NCBI RefSeq assembly: GCF_006345805.1
Contig: NC_043011.1
Span: forward strand, 43,598,464-43,662,463
DNA: 64,000 nucleotides
Direction: 5' to 3'
Source: Octopus sinensis
Lineage: Eukaryota
Position 1 is the stretch's first letter, and each line of letters starts with the position of its first letter. The position numbers and the translations under genes were made by a program. The notes beneath the pieces are model-generated. The model saw nothing but the letters and a program-made list of their open reading frames with translations. It was not told the DNA's origin and did no database searches. This document shows positions 23,355 through 35,300 of the stretch, piece after piece.

Positions 23355-26300
23355 CCTGAATGATGTACCTACTATGGATGCTGTCCAAAAACTAAAAACT
23401 AGTAAAAGAATATATCACACATAAACACATATAATATCTATTTGTATCGGTGTGTATATATACACACACACACACATGATTAAAAACTAAAGAATATGAA
23501 AACTAAAAGAATATATCACACATTTTATTTGATTTGTGTAAAAAAATCATATACATTGTTCTAAGAAATAATTTATTTACTTTCTTTAAAAAATTCTTTT
23601 ATTTTATTCTGTAAAATCAACTCATTTGCATATGCGCAAGTCGTTGTAGGATCGACTACTAGCTAGCGCACCAGGTCCAGTCTTCGCTAGTAGTACCTTA
23701 ACAGTTTGCTTTTGGGCGCAGTTTTTGATAAAATTTGAAACATGAAATCATTTCTTGCAGTTTTCTATAATTGTTTACATTTCTAAAAGTTCACTTAGAA
23801 TATTACTTCTTGGGCCCACAGGGCCTTTTACCATCACTGTTAAAGTAATGTACTAGTCAAGTACTTAGGTTGAGTTAATATTCCTATAAAGCATCCTACT
23901 TCATCGTTTAACAACAGGAAGGGCTTCAGGCCATAGAAAAAGAGCCCTCTTTTTTGCAAGATAGAGCAAATTTAGCAACAAGGATTAGATTCAAGTTGCT
24001 GGTGAGCTGTTGATACAGGGACTGTATGTCAGCTAATTGGGAGTTTAACAGGACCAGTTATAGATTTGGCACCAACGTTTCTTTAGCTTCCAATTCTGAT
24101 GCATGACAAGTGTCTGGTTTTTTAATTGGCCTGCTCTCTTGTTTGACTCCTTCATTTAGTCTGTTCCTAGTATCTCAATACCCAATCATGTGACACTTTA
24201 GCCCTTTAGCATTTAAACCAGTTATATCTGGTTGAAATAGTCTACTTGCAAGATATGGGCTTTCACACTTACCTGAAAATGTCATTCTAAAAACAGTTGC
24301 CTCATCAAAATCTCAAAGCTACAAGTTAATAAATGATTAATTCTAAACATTCCTTTGACAGAGTAATCTGAATGCTAATGGATTAAATAATCATCTCATG
24401 TAATTTCTGCTAAATTAGATTCATTTACTGCAATCGTTTGCCTTGTTTTTTACTGATTCTCTTCGTTTTGGGTTCAATTTTAGGCTGAGATACTGCATGT
24501 TCTCTATGAACATGCCTGCGGCTACACCTTGTTTCATGTTGCAGAGTTTGAAGAAATGTCTATGCTACTGCCACAAGTGGAAGCAGCTGTGCATGATTTG
24601 GGCAAGTTTAACGCCATTGTCAAATTTGTAGCTTTTTCTCCTTTCAAAAGTGGCACCAATGCCCTAGACAACATAAATAGTTTATCAGAAGGTAAGTTAT
24701 CATTTTGTTTGTTGTTTTTTTTTTTTTTGTTCTTGTAATTTTCATCATTTAATTTCTGTCTTCCATGCTGGCAAGCCAGAGAACTGCTCCAAGCTCTACT
24801 GGCAGTTTTGGCATGGTTTCTATAGCTGAATGTTCTTGCCGAGGCCAGACCTTTCAGTAAAGAAATCATGGCAATCCTTCGTTTTAACTCAACAAAACAA
24901 AACAAACTGTGACACCTCGACAATTCACTTTGGATATCTTCATGACAGTTGCTGAAATGGAAGGGGGGAGAAGGAAGCTAGTGGATTGTGTGTGCATGCG
25001 TGTTCTGTTTTTATGTAATTATGTGTTGTGGAATATAAATATAACAAAATTATGCCAACAAAAAGCCTTGCATATTCTTACCTGCTTCATGTGTATGTAA
25101 AATCCGCAAATTTCCAAGCAGAAAACAGAATGAAATTTTATGCCTTGCTAGGCCTTAAGGCTTTTTTGCTGGCATAATTTCGTTATATCTATATTCCACA
25201 ACACATAAAAACAGAACAGACACACAACCCATTACCTTTTTTTTCTTCTCCTCCTCCCATTTTAGCAGTTGTCATGGAAACAACCAAGTTTTTGTTTTGG
25301 TTTTGTCGAGTTAAAACGAAGGGTTGCCGAAATCATTATGGGTTGACTATCAACAAAATGTCACTAGGTCGTGGCTGAGCCCAGCACTTTAATCACTGGA
25401 CCATGTGCTTTCACAATTCCTAATATTTAATGATAAAAACATTAGACTCTTCAGACATGGAATGGCTATGAGGGTCTCATCCCACTAAGTGAAAATCAGA
25501 GAAATAGGTCCGTAGGCCAACAAATGGTTGAGAATCACTGCAGAACACATGTCTTTGTTTTACTTCTTCATTTAGTCTGTTCCTAGAATCTTTCTACCCA
25601 GTCATGTGACACTTTAGCATTTAAACCAGTTATATCTGGCTGAAATATTCTACCTGTTCAGACTGGCAAGATATGGGCTCTCACACTTACCCTGAAATGT
25701 CATTCTCACAGCTGTAGGATCCTTGCCAGAGCAGGCGCTGGAGTTCAAAATAGTCTTCCAATTTATCAGATTTTGTCAAACTATCCAATATGTAAAACTG
25801 GGAAACAATAATAATGATGCTGCTGAAGACTAGGCCTTTGGATTTCTTGACAAATTATTGATTCTCTTCAATTCTTTCCCAATTTCAGTTTTTGTTATAA
25901 AACCAGTTTTGTTTCTGTTGCAACACTTTGAATAAGAGTTATAAACTGTCTCGACTGGAGTGTAAAAATGATGTTACAGCATAACAGTGTGAATTAGTGG
26001 CATTAATGCTGTGCCACGATCAGGCTGTTAATAATAATTCGATATTGAACATTAAATGTCTATGGCACCAGTTTCGTAATTGTTGCTGATTTTAGTGTCC
26101 TACACCAAACTATTCTTCTCCACCCAGTTGTGTCCATTACACAAACTGGTCTAAGTAGAATTTACATCAATAATCTCTCTATTTTACTGGCCACAACCAT
26201 CTATCTCTCCCCACTTCGACTTGACCTCGTAGGCATATGAGAATAATGTTTGAGTCCTCGCTAAAGATACATAGACCCCAGTGTATATAATTGTGGAGGT

Positions 26301-29300
26301 GTGTTAACAATCCTCCTGGATAAAATGATCTAGGTGACAACCAGTGAGATGCTGGTTGTGAATATTTTGTCCATTCTATGTGGTTGTCTTGTATTCTTTG
26401 ACCCTTTGCATTTAAACCAGCCTTATCCAACCCAAATATTTTCTGCTTCGTTTTCAAGCAGGCTGGATCCTACCCTACAATGTCATTCTAAAAAATAAAC
26501 CATCACATCATCAAAATCTCGAAGCTGTGAGATAATCAATGATTAATTCAAATTCATGTGAATATTGAAGAATTAATTACAAATACGTTGAAGATGGTTT
26601 GACAAGAAGGCGAATGTCTTATCACAGCCATACTTGCACATGAGTGCTAAACTGTCGTCCGTCTGTGTCACTCCAGACTAGTTGTATTGTAGTTGTAAGT
26701 TATGCTGCAGTATTAGTTAAAAGGTGGATTTCATGTTACCATATCTTACTGCATACAAGTCAAATTCTTCAGACTAAAATTTATAGTAAAGAAAAATGCT
26801 AAGTTGGCTTGTAAACCGAGATGACTTTGGAGGGCTGAAAATTCCTTGTGAAACGCAGCAGGATTTGAAAAGAGAGTGATAATGCTTAAGTGTTTATGCT
26901 ACATAATGCTTAGATTTGTATGCCAGAAAATATGGTGAAAACAATCCTTTTTGCTTCTTACGTTCGGCTGGAAGTAAATGTACGACTTGCCACCACATGC
27001 TTTTTCGATGAAAAATCGCGCATGCGTAACTGACTTTAATGTATTATACTTGGCTATAAGCGAAATATATTAGGGTTTTTAATTAATATATTTTAGTACA
27101 CCGTTATGAGATAACAAGTTCTACGTTTTTGTTAGTTTTAGTAAGTTTCTTCATAATATACAAGTTGTGCCATTGCTTGAGGTGGTGTGTAGTACTTTGC
27201 ACCTGCAGTTTTACTGGTGATGGTTTAGCGAATAGAATAGAGTGTAAAGTGTGGTATGATACTAGTGTGTGACTAAATTCAGGTCACTCTAGTGTACAAC
27301 TGTTTCATTGTGATTTAGTTGCAGTAATCCTGTGCCGTTTTTCATTACTGCTGGACTCTGAATGTCTATGGCACCAGTTCTGTGACTGTTGCTGATTTTA
27401 GTGTCCTACACCAAACTAATTCTTCTCCACCCAGTTGTTGACCAACCAATGAGCAAACTGGTCTAAGTAGAATTTACATCTAATATCTCTCCCTCTCTCT
27501 CTCTCTCTCAACATCCTAAGTTTTTATTTCTGGTTGTAACATCAATTTGAGAGAATGTGCAGTAACAATGGACTGTTGGAAGGTAGTGGCTAGGACATTT
27601 GCAGTATGTGATGATTTTTAACCCGCCTTGACTGGCTTCTGTGCTGGTGGCACGTAAAATGCACCAACCGATCATGGCCGCTGCCAGCCTCCACTGGCAC
27701 CTGTGCCCGTGGCATGTAAAAAGCACCCACTACACTCACGGAGTGGTTGGCATTAGGAAGGGCATCCAGCTGTAAAAACTCTGCCAGATCAGACTGGAGC
27801 CTGGTGCAGCCTTCTGGCTTCCCAGACCCCGGTCGATCTGTCCAACCCGTGCTAGCACAGAAAACAGACGTTAAACGATGATGATGTCATAATTGGTGTG
27901 AAGTGGAGGGTGACAGGTTTTTGGGGGGTTGGGGTGCATTATAAGAATATCATAAAACTGAAATGACTCATTTTTGTATAATGTGTTGTGATTGTCACTT
28001 ATGACAGGGAACTGTCATAAAACTGTAGTATATATCTATTAAACTTATGATAATAGGTATGACATATGTTGTAATTGTCATTGTTTTTAGGCTAGAGAAT
28101 GTCATAAAACTAGTAAATCTATGACCCTAAATGAGCCACAATTTGAATCCTGAAATGTTTTATTGACTCTGTTGATATTAATCCTTTAGCATTTAAACTG
28201 GTCATATCCAGTCCAAATACTCTATCTGTTTTAGGTTCAGACTGTCAAAATCTGATCTCTTACACCTAGCCTACAATGTCATTCTACAAATATACAATCA
28301 CATCTCGAAGTTACAAGATACTGCATGGTTAATTCAAAACTATGTGAATTAACAAGTACTAAATTTGGCAGTAGTCTGAATGCTAATGGGTTAATCAATA
28401 GGATAATTAAGGATTTAGTGCAATCATTTTGTCATTATCCCTTTTGTTACCATATTTCTGTTAAAAGGCACTGCCTTTGTTTCAGTGAATTTAGTAAAAT
28501 AACTTTGTTATCAAGCTGGTGTTTGGAACATTAACCCTTTTGATACCAACCCGCCTGAAACTGGCTCTGTAGTACAAATGTCTTGTTTTCAAAAGTTCTG
28601 AATTAAAATCTTCCACCAAACCTTAGTCACAATTTATGTTCCTAACACTTGCTTAATGATACACTAAATTATTTTACGAATTCTTCGTTGTATTTAAAAA
28701 TTAATTGAAAGAAACAAAGAGCATCTCAACAGAAAGAAATATGGTAACAAAAGGGTTAATTGATGTGAAATTTCAATGGAAGCCTTTAATTTAGGTTACT
28801 TTAATCCTTTTGACATTTAAATCAGCCATATCGAGCACAAATATCCTATTTTATGTTGAAACTGACCAGATCCTACTTCTCACACCTACTCTACCATGTC
28901 CTGAAAATAAACCATCACATCATTGAAATTTTGAAGTTATGAGATAAATGCATGATTAATTAACCCTTTCGTTACCAAACTGGCTCTGACTGAGTACAAA
29001 TGTCTTATTTGCATAAGTTTTGAATTAAAATCTTCCACCAAACCTTAGTCAAAATTTATGTTCCTAACACAAGCTTAATGATAACTAAGTTATTTTACTA
29101 AATTCTTTGTTATATTTTTAATTAATTGAAAGAAACACAGAGCATCTCAAAATAAATGTGGTAATGGAAGGGTTAAAACCAATATAAATAAATAAGCTTG
29201 GCAGGGTAATGTGAGAGCTAGAGGGTTGAAATTGCAAGTTTGTGTCCTAAAACTAGGAGCAACTTCTGGTAAGGATGGAGCCAGAAATGTTAATGTTTTT

Positions 29301-32300
29301 AGTGCCAGCTGTTAATGACTTTTTTATTTTTTTTTTATTTTGTTAACCAGGTATTCTTCATGAGAATCTTCGGGTTTTCATCGAAAGCAATGTTCCAATG
29401 TCCAAGAAAAAGGTGAAATCGCTTCTTGGGGTGGGCGATTCCAAGTTAGGGTCTGCCATTTCTGAAGAAAACAGTTTGAATATTTCTTGTGTCCACACTG
29501 GAGCCATTCCAGAAATAATCAGAGGTAAGATGCTTTCTCTCTTTTTCTTTCCATCTACATCAGGTGCTCTCATTCATCTTTTACCTATAGGCCCCTATTA
29601 CCATTTGGTGCTTGAAAAACTGGTTTTATAGATTCTCTTTTTGAAATTCTTATTTTGTGTTTCACCCATTCACTTGTGTAAGTTTGCCAAAGAGCTTTCT
29701 CAGAGAACATGCTGAAATGAAGGTGGCAAGCTGGGCAAAATGCTTAGAAGCCTGTTTCTAGCAATAAATACACCAAAATCCCAAATTTTTTTTTTAGGAT
29801 CTAATATACTATCATAGATCCTCAATTTACAATTTAGCTTGCTTGGATCTTCAAGCGGGTGCCAGGTAAAGAGGACCTTTGCTGGTTCCATGTCTGTTTG
29901 GCCATGGTTTCTACAGCTGGATGCTTTTACACACCACCAGCTCAGGTGTGTTCGCATGGCACCAACACCTGCGAGCCCACAAGATTATGAATGCTCGGCT
30001 GGTACATCTATTGGTAAGAAGCATGCCTCCTGACCAAATGGTTCCAGGTTCAGTCCTGCTGCACAGCACCCTGAGCAAGTGTCTTCTACTTTAGCCTCAG
30101 GCTGACCAAAGAAGACCCTGGTGTTGGGGTGAGAGCTTTATATCCGTGTTTGCCCTTGTAACTTAGTAGTTCAACAAAAGAGACCAATCGAATAAGTACC
30201 AGGGTTTTATAATTCTTCAAGGTGCTGCCCTTGCATGGTTACAGTCTGACGACTGAGACGGGTAAAAGATATTGGACACCGAATGTCTATGGCACCAGTT
30301 CTGTAATTGTTGCTGATTTTAGCGTCCTACACCAAACCAGTTCTTCTCCACCCAGTTGTTGACCAACCAATGAGCAAACTGGTCTAAGTAGAACTTACAT
30401 TTGTTCTTATCCCATGAAATGGTGTAAATGTAAATCTTGACGATTGTTTCAGGCAGGAACTTTTTTCTCTCTCTCTCTCTCTTTCCACATTAAAGACCCC
30501 TGCTTGAAGTGTTTGTCATTGTCATTATCATTTAATACCCAGTTTTTCCATGCTTTCATGGGTCGTGCAGAATTTGTCGATTCAGATTTTCTACTGTCGG
30601 ATGCCCTTAATATCATCGACCCCCCACCCCTGTTTTTGAACAAAGTAATATTTCCAAAAACAAACCTCCTTGCTGGTAAGACATTGATGCATATTTGTGA
30701 CCATTGTGTGAAGTCTGGACATGGGTACACCCAAAGACATCACAGTCTACATGGTTAAGTGAGAGTTGACAGCAGGAATAACTTCCAGCTGTAGAAAATC
30801 TTCCTCATTGCATTTGGTCCTTGCAAGCATCTAAACTAGGCTGTTGAAACAGGGGTCGTGTGAGATTTGCCTCTGATCCTTTCTCTAAATACTTTCTTTG
30901 TCTGTTTCTGCTGTCATTATTGTTATTTATAATGCAGTGAGATGGCAGAAACTGGTTTTATGGATACTTCTTTTGAAATTCCTATTTTGTGTTTCACCCA
31001 TTCGCTTGTGTAAGTTTGAAATAGAGCTTTCTCAGAGAATGTGTTTCAGGGGCCAGAAACATGCTGAAATGAGGGCGGAGAGCTGGCAAAATCGATAGCA
31101 CGCCGGGCAAAATGCTTAATGGTATTTTGTCTGCCGTTACATTCTGAGTTCAAATTCCACCAAGTTCGACTTTGCCTTTCATCCTTTTGGGATCAATAAA
31201 TTATGTACCAGTTACACACTGGGGGGTCAATGTAGTCGACTTAATCCCTTTGTCCCCTCTGTGTTTAGCCCCTTGTGGGCAATAAAGAAATAAGAAGCGT
31301 ACTGAAATATGTAAAACGTTAGAGAAAGAAGCCTGTTTCTAGCAATAGATACACCTAAACCAAAAAATTTTTTTATGATCTAAAATACTATCATAGATCC
31401 CCAATTTACAATTTAGCTTGCTTGGATCCCCAAGCGGGTGCCATGTAAAGAGGACCTTTGCTGGTTCCATGCTGGCATGAGTTAGATGGTTCCATGTCTG
31501 TTTCGCCATGGTTTCTACAGCTGGATGCTTTTACACACCACCAGCTCAGGTGTGTTCACATGGCACCAACACCTGCGAGCCCACAAGATTATGAATGCTC
31601 GGCTGGTACATCTATTGGTAAGAAGCTTGCCTCTCGACCAAATGGTGCCAGGTTCAGTTCCGCTGCATGGCACCCTGGGCAAGTGTCTTCTACTTTAGCC
31701 TCAGGCTGACCAAAGAAGCCCCCGGTGTTGGGGTGGGAGCTTTGCATCTGTGTTTGCCCTTGTAACTTAGTAGTTCAACAAAAGAGACCAATCGAATAAG
31801 TACCAGGGTTTTATAATTCTTCAAGGTGCTGCCCTTGCATGGTTACAGTCTAATGACTGAAACAAGTAAAAGATATTGGACACCGAATGTCTATGGCACC
31901 AGTTCTGTAATTGTTGCTGATTTTAGCGTCCTACACCAAACCAGTTCTTCTCCACCCAGTTGTTGACCAACCAATGAGCAAACTGGTCTAAGTAGAACTT
32001 ACATTTGTTCTTATCCCATGAAATGGTGTAAATGTAAATCTTGACGATTGTTTCAGGCAGGAACTTTTTTCTCTCTCTCTCTCTCTTTCCACATTAAAGA
32101 CCCCTGCTTGAAGTGTTTGTCATTGTCATTATCATTTAATACCCAGTTTTTCCATGCTTGCATTGGTCGTGCAGAATTTGTCGATTCAGATTTTCTACTG
32201 TCGGATGCCCTTAATATCATCGACCCCCCACCCCTGTTTTTGAACAAAGTAATATTTCCACAAACAAACCTCCTTGCTGGTAAGACATTGATGCATATTT

Positions 32301-35300
32301 GCGACCATTGTGTGAAGTCTGGACAAGGGTACACCCAAAGACATCACAGTCTACATGGTTAAGTGAGAGTTGACAGCAGGAATAACTTCCAGCTGTAGAA
32401 AAATCTTCCTCATGGAATTGCATTTAGTCCTTGCAATCATCTAAACTAGGCTGTTGAAACAAGGGTTATGTGAAATTTGTCTGTGATCCTTTCTCTAAAT
32501 ACTTTCTTTGTCTGTTTTTGCTGTCATTATTGTTGTTATTTATAATGCAAGAGATGGCAGAAACTGGTTTTATGGATACTTCTTTTGAAATTCCTATTTT
32601 GTGTTTCACCCATTCACTTGTGTAAGTTTGCAATAGAGCTTTCTCAGAGAATGTGTTTCAGGGGCCAGAAACATGCTGAAATGAAGGTTGCAAATTGGCA
32701 GAATCGTTAGCATGCCAGGCAAAATGCTTAGTGGTATTTCGTCTGCCGTTACATTCTGAGTTCGAATTCCACCAAGGTCGACTTTGCCTTTCATCCCAGT
32801 TACACACTGGGGTCAATGTAGTCGACTTAATCCCTTTGTCTATCCTTGTTTAGCCCCTTGTGGGCAATAAATAAATAAGAAGCATGCTGAAATATGCAAA
32901 ACGTTAGAGAAAGAAGCCTGTTTCTAGCAATAAATACACCTAAACCAAAAATGTTTTTTTATGATCTAAAATACTATCATAGATCCTCAATTTACAATTT
33001 AGCTTGCTTGGATCCCCAAGCGGGTGCCATGTAAAGAGGACCTATGCTGGTAATGAGTTAGATGGTTCCATGTCTGTTTTGCCATGGTTTCTACAGCTGG
33101 ATGCTTTTACCCACCGCCAGCTCAGCTGTGTTCACATGGCACCAACACCTGCGAGCCCACAAGATTATGAATGCTCAACTGGTACATCTATTGGTAAGAA
33201 GCTTGCCTCCTGACCAAGTGGTTCTGGGTTCAGTCCCGCTGCATGGCACTCTGGGCAAGTGTCTTCTACTTTAGCCTCAGGCTGACCAAAGAAGCCCCTG
33301 GTGTTGGGGTATGAGCTTTGTATCCATGTTTGCCCTTGTAACTTAGTAGTTCAATAAAAGAGACCAATCGAATAAGTACCAGGGTTTTATAATTCTTCAA
33401 GGTGTTGCCCTTTCATGGTTACAGTCTAATGACTGAAACAAGTAAAAGATATTGGACACCGAATGTCTATGGCACCAGTTCCGTAATTGTTGCTGATTTT
33501 AGTGTCCTACACCAAACCAGTTCTTCTCCACCCAGTTGTTGACCAACCAATGAGCAAACTGGTCTAAGTAGAACTTACATTTGTTCTTATCCTATGAAAT
33601 AGTGTAAATGTAAATCTTGACGATTGTTTCAGGCAGGAACTTTTTTCTCTCTCTCTCTCTCTCTTTCCACATTAAAGACCCCTGCTTGAAGTGATTGTCA
33701 TTCTCACTTAAAATCCAGTTTTTCCATGCTTGCATGGGTCGTGCAGAATTTGTCGATTCAGATTTTCTTCTGTCGGATGCCCTGAATATCATCGACCCCC
33801 CACCCCTGTTTTTGAACAAAGTAATATTCCCACAAACAAACCTCCTTGCTTGTAAGACATTGATGCATATTTGCGACCATTGTGTGAAGTCTGTACAAGG
33901 GTACACCCAAAGACATCATAGTCTACATGGTTAAGTGAGAGTTGACAGCAGGAATAACTTCCAGCTGTAGAAGATCTTCCTCATGGAATTGCATTTGGTC
34001 CTTGCAATCATCTAAACTAGGCTGTTGAAACAAGGGTTATGTGAAATTTGTCTGTGATCCTTTCTCTAAATACTTTCTTTGTCTGTTTTTGCTGTCATTA
34101 TTGTTGTTATTTATAATGCAGTGAGATGGCAGAAACTGGTTTTATGGATACTTCTTTTGAAATTCCTATTTTGTGTTTCACCCATTCGCTTGTGTAAGTT
34201 TGAAATAGAGCTTTCTCAGAGAATGTGTTTCAGGGGCCAGAAACATGCTGAAATGAAGGCTGCAAGCTGGCAGAATCGTTAGCACGCCAGGCAAAATGCT
34301 TAGTGGTATTTCGTCTGCCGTTGCGTTCTGAGTTCAAATTCCGTCGAGGTCGACTTTTCCTTTCATCCCTTTGGGGGCAATAAATTAAGTACCAGTTACA
34401 CACTGGGGGGTCAATGTAGTCGACTTAATCCCTTTGTCTATCCTTGTTTGTCCCCTCTGTGTTTAGCCCCTTGTGGGTAATAAAGAAATAAGAAGCATGC
34501 TGAAATATGCAAAACGTTAGAGAAAGAAGCCTGTTTCTAGCAATAAATACACCTAAACCAAAAAAGCTTTTTATGATCTAAAATACTATCATAGATCCCC
34601 AATTTACAATTTAGCTTGCTTGGATCCCTAAGCTGGTGCCGTGTAAAGAGGGCCTGTGCTGGTTCCTTGTGTTTTGCCATGGTTTCTACAGCTTGATGCC
34701 CTTCCTAATGTCAGCCACTTAAAAAAGTGTACTGGGTCCTTTTACACAACACCAGCACAGGTGTGTAAAGCTGGTACTTCTATTGGTAAGAAGCTTGCCT
34801 CCCGACCAAATGGTTCCAGGTTCAGTCCCGCTGCATGGCACCCTGGGCAGGTGTCTTCTATTATAGCCTCAGGCTGACCAAAAGTGCCCTTAGTGTGGGG
34901 TTGGGGGCTTTGTATCTGTTTATCCTCATAACTTATTAGTTCAACAAAAGAGTCCAATCGAATAAGTACCAGGGTTTTATAATTCTTCAAGGTGTTGCCC
35001 TTTCATGGTTACAGTCTAATGACTGAAACAAGTAAAAGATATTGTACACCGAATGTCTATGGCACCAGTTCTGTAATTGTTGCTGATTTTAGTGTCCTAC
35101 ACCAAACCAGTTCTTCTCCACCCAGTTGTTGACCAACCAATGAGCAAACTGGTCTAAGTAGGACTTACATTTGTTCTTATTCCTTAGAGAATTTCGTTTG
35201 CTCTTTGCAAGCATCTAAACTAGGCTGTTGAAACAAGGGTCGTGTGAGATTTGCCTCTGATCCTTTCTCTAAATACTTTCTTTGTCTGTTTCTGCTTTGT

